Origin: Laetmonice hystrix
Lineage: Eukaryota
Length of the DNA: 64,000 nucleotides
NCBI GenBank assembly: GCA_965235115.1
Contig: OZ249436.1
Span: forward strand, 26,786,001-26,850,000
Direction of reading: 5' to 3'
Below the pieces are notes generated by a model. The model saw only the letters and a program-made list of their open reading frames with translations, was not told where the DNA came from and did not search any database. The translations under genes and the position numbers were made by a program. This document shows, piece after piece, positions 11,799 to 25,107 of the stretch (within the stretch, counting starts at the first letter, position 1; each line of letters opens with the position of its first letter).

Positions 11799-12603
11799 TT
11801 ATTTCTTAAATGCAGAGAAACATTTGCCAAACGACTCGGCCAAAGGATCGCAACAGTTCTGAATAATGATGGCGTAGATCTTTCCGATCAACTTGACGTT
11901 GATTTCGTATGCCCGGATGCAGGGTGTGATGATCCAGATGTGTTGGAAGGCCACGCAGGCGAAGTAACATCCCCAGCCAATCATGATACAGCATGAACAG
12001 AAGGTCGTGGCCAGGGTGTAGCAGAGGGCCTTCCACACGTTGAAACATTTAAAGGAACACTTCCAGCAGCAGTCCATACTCTTGGTGTGGTCCGGCTCGC
12101 CAATCAAGTCTTCCCAGGCGACCTATAGAACCGAAATGACAAGTAAAGGGGATGAGTTCTCAAGTTGGTAATAATGAAGACTTTCTTTTTTTGGCTAATA
12201 ATTTTAACTGTCAATAGATACACCAAGAAGGTGACGTATAACGTCACCGGTATATGGCACAAGTTATGATATTTGCGATTTAAACTTATGTCTTGAAATC
12301 AAGAAGAACATGCAGTATGGTACGATGACATGTAGCAAGGTCAGGTAAATATTTTTGGGGTTACAAACCTAAATTCTACATTGCTGTTAATGCCAGCGAG
12401 TCTATACTATGTTCTATTGTCTGGGCTCGTTTAAGTTCGTTTGACTTTTTCTATACTTTCTGCCGACCTTGTTAACTACACTGACTCATTGAATCATCAG
12501 TAAGGGGCTATAAACATGAACTCACCTGTAAGTGATCATTAATGTTGTTTGGGTCCCTGTTCTCAAAGTCGGGTTCCATGGCCCAAGCCTCGCCGATTCC
12601 CAT
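11799..12603 (-). CDS. cav: Caveolin, copy 1 (133 aa; exons 12526-12603, 11799-12122)
   Basis: Spliced protein MGIGEAWAMEPDFENRDPNNINDHLQ|VAWEDLIGEPDHTKSMDCCWKCSF...HIWIITPC...CDPLAESFGKCFS is collinear with caveolin (RDP motif, FEDVIAEP-like signature). GTGAG/TAG phase-0 intron just before the signature motif, as in vertebrate CAV1. Confidence 0.95.
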
Positions 12604-12701
12604 GGTTAAAGTTGTAAAGTGTTCCTCGTTAGAAGTACGAAGTAGCTATTGTTCCTCGGTAAGACCGAATCTCGATGTGGTCCTTCCTTTACGGATGCGG
12701 G

Positions 12702-12709
12702 TTTTTATA
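12702..12709 (-). promoter_or_regulatory. TATA box of caveolin copy 1
   Basis: TATAAAAA ~100 bp upstream of the ATG; present at the same place in all nine copies. Confidence 0.7.
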
Positions 12710-14966
12710 TGTTCACGTCGCCATGCAACTGGTATACTGTCGAGTATACATACGTCGCTAAGTAAGGACTAAGACTTAGTTTCTTAACCTCTTTAATGGT
12801 TGTGAACAACTCAGGCACAATCCGATGTTCGCCCATGTGTGAAATACATTGGATTAACGGTTTCTTCGCCACTTGGTCAACCCAGGCAAATTCGAGTTGG
12901 GCAAATACGCATTTTTATTCTTGGCCTTAAAGGCAGGGTCGCGTCTTAACTATGGGGCAAAGGGCAGCCGGGGCACAGAGCTGGGAGAGGCATCCGACTT
13001 TCAGAGAAGAAAAACAAGTCAAACTATGACACTCCAAAAGCAGGCTCATATCTTTGGCAGAAAGGCCCCGTGTCTTCCTGCCTTGTCTTGGACATAAATG
13101 TAGGGCCTATAGGCTAGGCTAGTAGGTCATTTGGGCCACTAGCCCCAACATATGAGAACTGCATTGTGCATCAAAGATTATCTTTTCACATTCACGCACT
13201 ACATGGGCTGAGTCATCTTTTGCGGCAATCGGAACTTCCGAGGCCATTTCCGGTTTCCGGTTGAGAAATAACCTCGGATGTAAGTCAGGCCCAAAGCTAC
13301 AGATGTAAAACGTCGATGTGAGGAGGCTCATCCACATCACCGCTCATGTTCTACCGTTCTATGCGTAGTTCTAAAGGATATAGAGAAACAGATCACGAAA
13401 CTTATGAATCTGACACCAATTTAGTGCATTTTGGTGTAGCCAGTGTTTTGGAGTGGGATTTTAACACAAATTTCAGTCTTAAAAAGTTGAAATCCGCGAA
13501 TCCTCGAAAGATGTTCGTCGTTGCCCTCAGCGTCCATACTTGATCTAGCCTGCCTGAGCTGCAGGCTCGGACTAAGCATACATAGTTATTGCGAAGTTTA
13601 TGCACTATGTTAGTTCAAACGTGACATTTATTATTAGCCTACCAAGTTCCAATAATTTCAAGCAACAAAAACAGTCACGGAGTTGTGGCGCTGTCCAGAA
13701 ACAAAACAGGTGCTGGGGTTATGCCTCCGTCATTTTAACTAAATCGGTCACTTGACTCCATCAAATCATGTGACTGGAAGTAGTTCAACATGGCAGCGCC
13801 CGTAATACATTCGAGATGTTTTGCGTACGGAAAGCCCGAGATGTTGCGATTGCTTTTGCAGATATAGGCTGCATATGCTGGACTTGCAGGTCTATTATTA
13901 CACTCTAAAATTAGATCCTTTGGCCCATTATTGGGTCACAATCAGGCAAAAGCAAGCATAAACCGCTTGGCTGCCGCCAGGGTATTTACCTCCAAGTCGG
14001 ACACAGGGGATGTCCTTCAAATATAATGTGTGCTAATCAGGCCAGCAATAAGGCGTTTCGCTCTGGCCCAGCGTAGGACTCTGTACTCCGAGCTTGGGCC
14101 TCAGTCATTTGGTATAATTCGGCGCCTAAGCAGGTGTCATCTGAATGTTGCCACGTCCTGGGGAATGACATGACACTTCCAGATGCACTGAGCAGGGCCA
14201 CAATATCTGATGACTGTCGGGCAGTTAGTTGCTAATGACCTTACAAGGACCATGAACCTGAACCCTGTTGTTGTCAATGATGCTCTGTTACTCTGAGCAC
14301 ATTCGTTTACCGCATCCCTGGCACGGTCAACCACGTCTTGGCAGAAGCAGGCCCATACGCCAAACACGGCAGCGAGGCAGAGGAGTGTAGTTCGCCTGAA
14401 ATGCAGGTCCGAAGGACCTGCTATCCCTGAAGTAGTCCGACAGGCCTGCATTCCTAAGACTTCAAGTCCGTGTTGTTGTATTATTTAAATATTCCTTCAA
14501 AATCCTATTCTTAATCCTAACCTTAACCCTAATCCATTTGTATTTCCTTAATTGTATTGTCTTATACCACGAGGTTGATGGTCTAGGACCTGCAAAGCCA
14601 TGGAATCCAGGTCCGGTGGACTTCCATTCCGGCGGAGTTACATTCATTCCCTTCACACTTGTGTGCACAAATGTGCTGCCGCCACGCTACTTCAAAGTTG
14701 GAGTAATCGGTGTCACAAAAAGTTCAGTTGAGGGATAGCTCCCAACAGTCCAGTTATTCACTTCTAAGGCTATGCTAATTATATAGATATGGTTGAAAAT
14801 TCACGCGATGTCGAACGTAGTATAACATGTAATATTCTATAACATTTTTAATTGAATACTGCCTTTGGATATCACTTGTTTATTTACTCAGAATAAAATG
14901 AAAAATAGAAGGTCTCTAATCCATTTACCTATAGGTATAGGCTGTGTAATGGTGTGGGCGTCCAAT

Positions 14967-15312
14967 GGGGTACATTAGATCCATGTGCAATAGGGATTTC
15001 AAGTCAAATCCGCAAGGCGGCAGCACTGTGCAAGCGGTCCTTGCTGCAGTACGTTAGCATAAGTTTAGAAAGGACGACGAAATGCTAATGTGCTGTAGGA
15101 TGACCTAACCTTATCATTACTAAATAATGTTAACTGATTTGGACTAAAGTCAATGAAAGAAGTTTAAAAATTGTCATTAGAACAAATGTCGGTATGGCAA
15201 CCAGCCACAGATTAGCAGATATCAGCCTATCTAATTCTATGCTAAAATGTCGCCTCCTGAACCGCTTGCACAGTGCTGCCGCCATGCGGAAAATGCGGCG
15301 ACCAAGTTCCCC
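14967..15312. mobile_element. 346-bp MITE with AT target duplication (ISL2EU-like), repeated in spacers 1-6
   Basis: GGGG...CCCC ends, subterminal IR GGCGGCAGCACTGTGCAAGCGGT; empty site GTCTA-AT-TGTCCC at 40084-40085 in spacer 7. Confidence 0.75.
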
Positions 15313-16053
15313 ATTGTCCCGGTGTCTAATGGTTCGGGTGCCTAATTGTACAGCGTCTAATTGTCCAATGTTAAATGAATCGTGTCGTTTTTATCCGGTG
15401 TGGCGTGCATCGATTTCCCACCCTGCATGAGTAAACAGATTGGAATAGATTCAAAATTATAAAAGCTGCACATGTCGCTAAAGAACACAAGATGACAATT
15501 AGATGACAATTAATAATTTTCAATGATGCCCTTTTTTGTTTTCTCTATCAGACAAAATTTAAAGTGGGCGGAGATGTTCGTATTCCAATGAATGTAGCAA
15601 CACTGAGTGTAGCAAATTTCGAACATAGAAACACTGAAGATGCAGGAGAGGGGGCCGACAGGTAAGATTGAGTTATTTGTGTGAAATCCCGTTTTTTAGC
15701 ACGCTCATGAAAATACTTCATAAAAGAAGAAACTCATTATCCACTATGAAAAACTTTCATTTTTATTTCGTAACACTTATTAATGCTACTTGTAGGATGC
15801 ATCGTGGTTCAGAACACATAAACATAAATTGGTTATCTCATTATAGTGAGATTCTCATATCCGTATCAACTATGGCGCCAAATTGATGCACGTGTCCCCA
15901 ACGTGCCCAATCCTGCATGGCTCTTCCCTATGATCACGTTTTTTGACTCTTTGTAAGTCTTTACCGATCATGGCAGTGTCAATAGTACCCCCATTGATAG
16001 TCTACTTTCGAGCATAGACTACTTTTGAGCCTACATTAATATAGGTTAAATTG

Positions 16054-16855
16054 TTATTTCTTAAATGCAGAGAAACATTTGCCAAACGACTCGGCCAAAG
16101 GATCGCAACAGTTCTGAATAACGATGGCGTAGATCTTTCCGATCAACTTGACGTTGATTTCGTATGCCCGGATGCAGGGTGTGATGATCCAGATGTGTTG
16201 GAAGGCCACGCAGGCGAAGTAACATCCCCAGCCAATCATGATACAGCATGAACAGAAGGTCGTGGCCAGGGTGTAGCAGAGGGCCTTCCACACGTTGAAA
16301 CATTTAAAGGAACACTTCCAGCAGCAGTCCATACTCTTGGTGTGGTCCGGCTCGCCAATCAAGTCTTCCCAGGCGACCTATAGAACGGAAATGACAAGTA
16401 AAGAGTATGAGTTCTCAAGTTGGTACTAATGAAGACTTTTTTTTGGCTAATAATTTTAACTATCAATAGATATACCAAGAAGGTGACGTATAACGTCACC
16501 GGTATATGGCACAAGTTATGATATTTGTGATTTAAACTTCTGTCTTGAAATCAAGAAGAACATGCAGTATGGTACGATGACATGTAGCAAGGTCAGGTAA
16601 ATATTTTTGGGGTTACAAACCTAAATTCTACATTGCTGTTAATGCCAGCGAGTCTATACTCTGTTCTATTGTCTGGGCTCGTTTAAGTTTGTTTGACTTT
16701 TTCTATACTTTCTGCCGACCTTGTTAACTATACTGACTCATTGAATCATCAGTAAGGGGCTATAAACATGAACTCACCTGTAAGTGATCATTAATGTTGT
16801 TTGGGTCCCTGTTCTCAAAGTCAGGTTCCATGGCCCAAGCCTCGCCGATTCCCAT
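16054..16855 (-). CDS. cav: Caveolin, copy 2 (exons 16778-16855, 16054-16377)
   Basis: Same intact two-exon structure; one I>V change versus copy 1. Confidence 0.95.
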
Positions 16856-19800
16856 GGTTGAAGTTGCAAAGTGTCCCTCGGTAGAAGTATGAAGTAGCTA
16901 TTGTTCCTCGGGTAAAACCGAATCTCGATGTGGTCCTTCCTTTACGGATGCGGGTTTTTATATTATTATGTTCACGTCGCCATGCAACTGGTATACTGGC
17001 GAGTGTACATACGTCGCTAAGTAAGGACTAAGACTTAGTTTCTTAACCTCTTTAATGGTTGTGAACAACTCGGGCACAATCCGATGTTCGCCCAGCAATG
17101 TGTGAAATACATTGGATTAACGGGTTCTTCGCCACTTGGTCAACCCAGGCAAATTCGAGTTGGGCAAATACGCATTTTTATTCTTGGCAAATATACCCTT
17201 AAAGGCTGGGTCGCGTCTTAAGTATGGGGCAAAGGGCAGCCGGGGCACAGAGCTGGGAGAGGCATCCGGCTTTCAGAAAAGAAAAACAAGTCAAACTATG
17301 ACACGCCAAAAGCAGGCTCATATCTTTGGCAGAAAAGTCCCGTGTCTTCCTGCCTTGTGTTGGACATAAATGTAGGACCTATAGGCTAGGCTAGTAGGTC
17401 ATTTGGGCCACTAGCCCCAACATATGAGAACTGCATTGTGCATCAAAGATTATCTTTTCAAATTCACGCACTACATGGGCTGAGTCACCTTTTGCGGCAA
17501 TCGGAACTTTCGAGGCCATTTCCGGTTTCCAGTTGAGAAATAACCTCGGATGTAAGTCAGGCCCAAAGCTACAGATGTAAAACGTCGATGTGAGGAGGCT
17601 CATCCACATCACCGCTCATGTTCTTCCGTTTTATGTGTAGTTCCAACGGATATAGAGAAACAGATCACGGAAACTTATGAATCTGACACGAATTCAGTGC
17701 ATTTTGGTGTAGCCAGTGTTTTGGAGTGGGATTTTAACACAAATTTCAGTCTTAAAAAAGTTGAAATCCGCGAATCCTCGAAAGATGTTCATCGTTGCCC
17801 TCAGCGTCCATACTTGATCTAGCCTGCCTGAGATGCAGGCTCAGACTAAGCATACATATTGCGAAGTTTACGCACTATGTTAGTTCAAACGTGACATTTA
17901 TTATTAGCCTACCAAGTTCCAATAATTTCAAGCAACAAAACACAGTCACAGAGTCGTGGCGCTGTCCAGAAACAAAACAGGTGCTGGGGTTATGCCTCCG
18001 TCATTTTAACTAAATCGGTCACATGACTCCATCAAATCATGTGACTGCATGGAAGTAGTTCAACATGGCAGCGCCCGTAATACATTCGAGATGTTTTGCG
18101 TACGGAAAGCCCGAGATGTTGTGATTGCTTTTGCAGCTATAGGCTGCGTATGCTGGACCTGCAGGTCTATTATTACACTCTAAAATTAGATCCTTTGGCC
18201 CATTATTGGGTATTTAACCTCCAAGTCGGACACAGGGGATGTCCTTCAAATATAATGTGTGCTAATCAGGCCAGCAATAAGGCGTTTCGCTCTGGCCCAG
18301 CGTAGGACTCTGTACTCCGAGCTTGCGCCCCAGTCATTTGGTATAATTCGGCGCCTAAGCAGGTGTCATCTGAATTTTGCCACGTCCTGGGGAATGACAT
18401 GACACTTCCAGATGCACTGAGCAGGGCCACAATATCTGATGACTGTGGGGCAGTTAGTTGCTAATGACCTTACAAGGACCATGAACCTGAACCCTGTTGC
18501 TGTCAATATGCTCTGTTCTCATACTCTTGAGCACATTCGTTTTCCGCCTCCCTGGCACAGTCAACCACGTCTTGGCAGAAGCAGGCCCATAGGCCGAACA
18601 CGGCAGCGAGACGGAGGAGTGTAGTTCCCCTGAAATGTAGGTCCGACTGACATGCTATCCCTGAAGTATAAGTCCGACAGGCCTGCATTCCTAGGACTTC
18701 AAGGTTGATGGTCTAGGACCGGCAAAGCCATGAAATCCAGGTCCGGTGGACTTCCATTCCGGCGGAGTTACATTCATTCCCTTCACACTTGTGTGCACAA
18801 ATGTGCTGCCGCCACGCTACTTCAAAGTTGGAGTAATCGGTGTCACAAAAAGTTCAGTTGAGGGATAGCTCCCAACAGTGCAGTTATTCACTTCTAAGGC
18901 TATGCTAATTATATATGGTTGAAAATTCACGCGATGTCGAACGTAGTATAACATGTAATATTCCATAACATTTTTAATTGAATACTGCCTTTGGATATCC
19001 CTTGTTTATTTACTCAGAATAAAATGAAAAATAGAAGGTCTCTAATCCATTTACCTATAGCTATAGGCTGTGTAATGGTGTGGGCGTCCAATGGGGTACA
19101 TTAGATCCATGTGCAATAGGGATTTCAAGTCAAATCCGCAAGGCGGCAGCACTGTGCAAGCGGTCCTTGCTGCAGTACGTTAGCATAAGTTTAGAAAGGA
19201 CGACGAAATGCTAATGTGCTGTAGGATGACCTAACCTTATCATTACTAAATAATGTTAACTGATTTGGACTAAAGTCAATGAAAGAAGTTTAAAAATTGT
19301 CATTAGAACAAATGTCGGTATGGCAACCAGCCACAGATTAGCAGATATCAGCCTATCTAATTCTATGCTAAAATGTCGCCTCCTGAACCGCTTGCACAGT
19401 GCTGCCGCCATGCGGAAAATGCGGCGACCAAGTTCCCCATTGTCCCGGTGTCTAATGGTTCGGGTGCCTAATTGTACAGCGTCTAATTGTCCAATGTTAA
19501 ATGAATCGTGTCGTTTTTATCCGGTGTGGCGTGCATCGATTTCCCACCCTGCATGAGTAAACAGATTGGAATAGATTCAAAATTATAAAAGCTGCACATG
19601 TCGCTAAAGAACACAAGATGACAATTAGATGACAATTAATAATTTTCAATGATGCCCTTTTTTGTTTTCTCTATCAGACAAAATTTAAAGTGGGCGGAGA
19701 TGTTCGTATTCCAATGAATGTAGCAACACTGAGTGTAGCAAATTTCGAACATAGAAACACTGAAGATGCAGGAGAGGGGGCCGACAGGTAAGATTGAGTT

Positions 19801-20179
19801 ATTTGTGTGAAATCCCGTTTTTTAGCACGCTCATGAAAATACTTCATAAAAGAAGAAACTCATTATCCACTATGAAAAACTTTCATTTTTATTTCGTAAC
19901 ACTTATTAATGCTACTTGTAGGATGCATCGTGGTTCAGAACACATAAACATAAATTGGTTATCTCATTATAGTGAGATTCTCATATCCGTATCAACTATG
20001 GCGCCAAATTGATGCACGTGTCCCCAACGTGCCCAATCCTGCATGGCTCTTCCCTATGATCACGTTTTTTGACTCTTTGTAAGTCTTTACCGATCATGGC
20101 AGTGTCAATAGTACCCCCATTGATAGTCTACTTTCGAGCATAGACTACTTTTGAGCCTACATTAATATAGGTTAAATTG

Positions 20180-20981
20180 TTATTTCTTAAATGCAGAGAA
20201 ACATTTGCCAAACGACTCGGCCAAAGGATCGCAACAGTTCTGAATAACGATGGCGTAGATCTTTCCGATCAACTTGACGTTGATTTCGTATGCCCGGATG
20301 CAGGGTGTGATGATCCAGATGTGTTGGAAGGCCACGCAGGCGAAGTAACATCCCCAGCCAATCATGATACAGCATGAACAGAAGGTCGTGGCCAGGGTGT
20401 AGCAGAGGGCCTTCCACACGTTGAAACATTTAAAGGAACACTTCCAGCAGCAGTCCATACTCTTGGTGTGGTCCGGCTCGCCAATCAAGTCTTCCCAGGC
20501 GACCTATAGAACGGAAATGACAAGTAAAGAGTATGAGTTCTCAAGTTGGTACTAATGAAGACTTTTTTTTGGCTAATAATTTTAACTATCAATAGATATA
20601 CCAAGAAGGTGACGTATAACGTCACCGGTATATGGCACAAGTTATGATATTTGTGATTTAAACTTCTGTCTTGAAATCAAGAAGAACATGCAGTATGGTA
20701 CGATGACATGTAGCAAGGTCAGGTAAATATTTTTGGGGTTACAAACCTAAATTCTACATTGCTGTTAATGCCAGCGAGTCTATACTCTGTTCTATTGTCT
20801 GGGCTCGTTTAAGTTTGTTTGACTTTTTCTATACTTTCTGCCGACCTTGTTAACTATACTGACTCATTGAATCATCAGTAAGGGGCTATAAACATGAACT
20901 CACCTGTAAGTGATCATTAATGTTGTTTGGGTCCCTGTTCTCAAAGTCAGGTTCCATGGCCCAAGCCTCGCCGATTCCCAT
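20180..20981 (-). CDS. cav: Caveolin, copy 3 (exons 20904-20981, 20180-20503)
   Basis: Same as copy 2, offset +4126. Confidence 0.93.
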
Positions 20982-23900
20982 GGTTGAAGTTGCAAAGTGT
21001 CCCTCGGTAGAAGTATGAAGTAGCTATTGTTCCTCGGGTAAAACCGAATCTCGATGTGGTCCTTCCTTTACGGATGCGGGTTTTTATATTATTATGTTCA
21101 CGTCGCCATGCAACTGGTATACTGGCGAGTGTACATACGTCGCTAAGTAAGGACTAAGACTTAGTTTCTTAACCTCTTTAATGGTTGTGAACAACTCGGG
21201 CACAATCCGATGTTCGCCCAGCAATGTGTGAAATACATTGGATTAACGGGTTCTTCGCCACTTGGTCAACCCAGGCAAATTCGAGTTGGGCAAATACGCA
21301 TTTTTATTCTTGGCAAATATACCCTTAAAGGCTGGGTCGCGTCTTAAGTATGGGGCAAAGGGCAGCCGGGGCACAGAGCTGGGAGAGGCATCCGGCTTTC
21401 AGAAAAGAAAAACAAGTCAAACTATGACACGCCAAAAGCAGGCTCATATCTTTGGCAGAAAAGTCCCGTGTCTTCCTGCCTTGTGTTGGACATAAATGTA
21501 GGACCTATAGGCTAGGCTAGTAGGTCATTTGGGCCACTAGCCCCAACATATGAGAACTGCATTGTGCATCAAAGATTATCTTTTCAAATTCACGCACTAC
21601 ATGGGCTGAGTCACCTTTTGCGGCAATCGGAACTTTCGAGGCCATTTCCGGTTTCCAGTTGAGAAATAACCTCGGATGTAAGTCAGGCCCAAAGCTACAG
21701 ATGTAAAACGTCGATGTGAGGAGGCTCATCCACATCACCGCTCATGTTCTTCCGTTTTATGTGTAGTTCCAACGGATATAGAGAAACAGATCACGGAAAC
21801 TTATGAATCTGACACGAATTCAGTGCATTTTGGTGTAGCCAGTGTTTTGGAGTGGGATTTTAACACAAATTTCAGTCTTAAAAAAGTTGAAATCCGCGAA
21901 TCCTCGAAAGATGTTCATCGTTGCCCTCAGCGTCCATACTTGATCTAGCCTGCCTGAGATGCAGGCTCAGACTAAGCATACATATTGCGAAGTTTACGCA
22001 CTATGTTAGTTCAAACGTGACATTTATTATTAGCCTACCAAGTTCCAATAATTTCAAGCAACAAAACACAGTCACAGAGTCGTGGCGCTGTCCAGAAACA
22101 AAACAGGTGCTGGGGTTATGCCTCCGTCATTTTAACTAAATCGGTCACATGACTCCATCAAATCATGTGACTGCATGGAAGTAGTTCAACATGGCAGCGC
22201 CCGTAATACATTCGAGATGTTTTGCGTACGGAAAGCCCGAGATGTTGTGATTGCTTTTGCAGCTATAGGCTGCGTATGCTGGACCTGCAGGTCTATTATT
22301 ACACTCTAAAATTAGATCCTTTGGCCCATTATTGGGTATTTAACCTCCAAGTCGGACACAGGGGATGTCCTTCAAATATAATGTGTGCTAATCAGGCCAG
22401 CAATAAGGCGTTTCGCTCTGGCCCAGCGTAGGACTCTGTACTCCGAGCTTGCGCCCCAGTCATTTGGTATAATTCGGCGCCTAAGCAGGTGTCATCTGAA
22501 TTTTGCCACGTCCTGGGGAATGACATGACACTTCCAGATGCACTGAGCAGGGCCACAATATCTGATGACTGTGGGGCAGTTAGTTGCTAATGACCTTACA
22601 AGGACCATGAACCTGAACCCTGTTGCTGTCAATATGCTCTGTTCTCATACTCTTGAGCACATTCGTTTTCCGCCTCCCTGGCACAGTCAACCACGTCTTG
22701 GCAGAAGCAGGCCCATAGGCCGAACACGGCAGCGAGACGGAGGAGTGTAGTTCCCCTGAAATGTAGGTCCGACTGACATGCTATCCCTGAAGTATAAGTC
22801 CGACAGGCCTGCATTCCTAGGACTTCAAGGTTGATGGTCTAGGACCGGCAAAGCCATGAAATCCAGGTCCGGTGGACTTCCATTCCGGCGGAGTTACATT
22901 CATTCCCTTCACACTTGTGTGCACAAATGTGCTGCCGCCACGCTACTTCAAAGTTGGAGTAATCGGTGTCACAAAAAGTTCAGTTGAGGGATAGCTCCCA
23001 ACAGTGCAGTTATTCACTTCTAAGGCTATGCTAATTATATATGGTTGAAAATTCACGCGATGTCGAACGTAGTATAACATGTAATATTCCATAACATTTT
23101 TAATTGAATACTGCCTTTGGATATCCCTTGTTTATTTACTCAGAATAAAATGAAAAATAGAAGGTCTCTAATCCATTTACCTATAGCTATAGGCTGTGTA
23201 ATGGTGTGGGCGTCCAATGGGGTACATTAGATCCATGTGCAATAGGGATTTCAAGTCAAATCCGCAAGGCGGCAGCACTGTGCAAGCGGTCCTTGCTGCA
23301 GTACGTTAGCATAAGTTTAGAAAGGACGACGAAATGCTAATGTGCTGTAGGATGACCTAACCTTATCATTACTAAATAATGTTAACTGATTTGGACTAAA
23401 GTCAATGAAAGAAGTTTAAAAATTGTCATTAGAACAAATGTCGGTATGGCAACCAGCCACAGATTAGCAGATATCAGCCTATCTAATTCTATGCTAAAAT
23501 GTCGCCTCCTGAACCGCTTGCACAGTGCTGCCGCCATGCGGAAAATGCGGCGACCAAGTTCCCCATTGTCCCGGTGTCTAATGGTTCGGGTGCCTAATTG
23601 TACAGCGTCTAATTGTCCAATGTTAAATGAATCGTGTCGTTTTTATCCGGTGTGGCGTGCATCGATTTCCCACCCTGCATGAGTAAACAGATTGGAATAG
23701 ATTCAAAATTATAAAAGCTGCACATGTCGCTAAAGAACACAAGATGACAATTAGATGACAATTAATAATTTTCAATGATGCCCTTTTTTGTTTTCTCTAT
23801 CAGACAAAATTTAAAGTGGGCGGAGATGTTCGTATTCCAATGAATGTAGCAACACTGAGTGTAGCAAATTTCGAACATAGAAACACTGAAGATGCAGGAG

Positions 23901-24305
23901 AGGGGGCCGACAGGTAAGATTGAGTTATTTGTGTGAAATCCCGTTTTTTAGCACGCTCATGAAAATACTTCATAAAAGAAGAAACTCATTATCCACTATG
24001 AAAAACTTTCATTTTTATTTCGTAACACTTATTAATGCTACTTGTAGGATGCATCGTGGTTCAGAACACATAAACATAAATTGGTTATCTCATTATAGTG
24101 AGATTCTCATATCCGTATCAACTATGGCGCCAAATTGATGCACGTGTCCCCAACGTGCCCAATCCTGCATGGCTCTTCCCTATGATCACGTTTTTTGACT
24201 CTTTGTAAGTCTTTACCGATCATGGCAGTGTCAATAGTACCCCCATTGATAGTCTACTTTCGAGCATAGACTACTTTTGAGCCTACATTAATATAGGTTA
24301 AATTG

Positions 24306-25107
24306 TTATTTCTTAAATGCAGAGAAACATTTGCCAAACGACTCGGCCAAAGGATCGCAACAGTTCTGAATAACGATGGCGTAGATCTTTCCGATCAACT
24401 TGACGTTGATTTCGTATGCCCGGATGCAGGGTGTGATGATCCAGATGTGTTGGAAGGCCACGCAGGCGAAGTAACATCCCCAGCCAATCATGATACAGCA
24501 TGAACAGAAGGTCGTGGCCAGGGTGTAGCAGAGGGCCTTCCACACGTTGAAACATTTAAAGGAACACTTCCAGCAGCAGTCCATACTCTTGGTGTGGTCC
24601 GGCTCGCCAATCAAGTCTTCCCAGGCGACCTATAGAACGGAAATGACAAGTAAAGAGTATGAGTTCTCAAGTTGGTACTAATGAAGACTTTTTTTTGGCT
24701 AATAATTTTAACTATCAATAGATATACCAAGAAGGTGACGTATAACGTCACCGGTATATGGCACAAGTTATGATATTTGTGATTTAAACTTCTGTCTTGA
24801 AATCAAGAAGAACATGCAGTATGGTACGATGACATGTAGCAAGGTCAGGTAAATATTTTTGGGGTTACAAACCTAAATTCTACATTGCTGTTAATGCCAG
24901 CGAGTCTATACTCTGTTCTATTGTCTGGGCTCGTTTAAGTTTGTTTGACTTTTTCTATACTTTCTGCCGACCTTGTTAACTATACTGACTCATTGAATCA
25001 TCAGTAAGGGGCTATAAACATGAACTCACCTGTAAGTGATCATTAATGTTGTTTGGGTCCCTGTTCTCAAAGTCAGGTTCCATGGCCCAAGCCTCGCCGA
25101 TTCCCAT
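24306..25107 (-). CDS. cav: Caveolin, copy 4 (exons 25030-25107, 24306-24629)
   Basis: Same as copy 2. Confidence 0.93.

Noticed and set aside
14505..14535. Interstitial telomere (CCTAAC repeats; also ~42510)
   Set aside because: Only a few degenerate units embedded in dispersed repeat elements.
12604..16053. Short ORFs repeated in each array spacer
   Set aside because: Broken by indels or stops between units, no motifs; recurrence just reflects the duplication.
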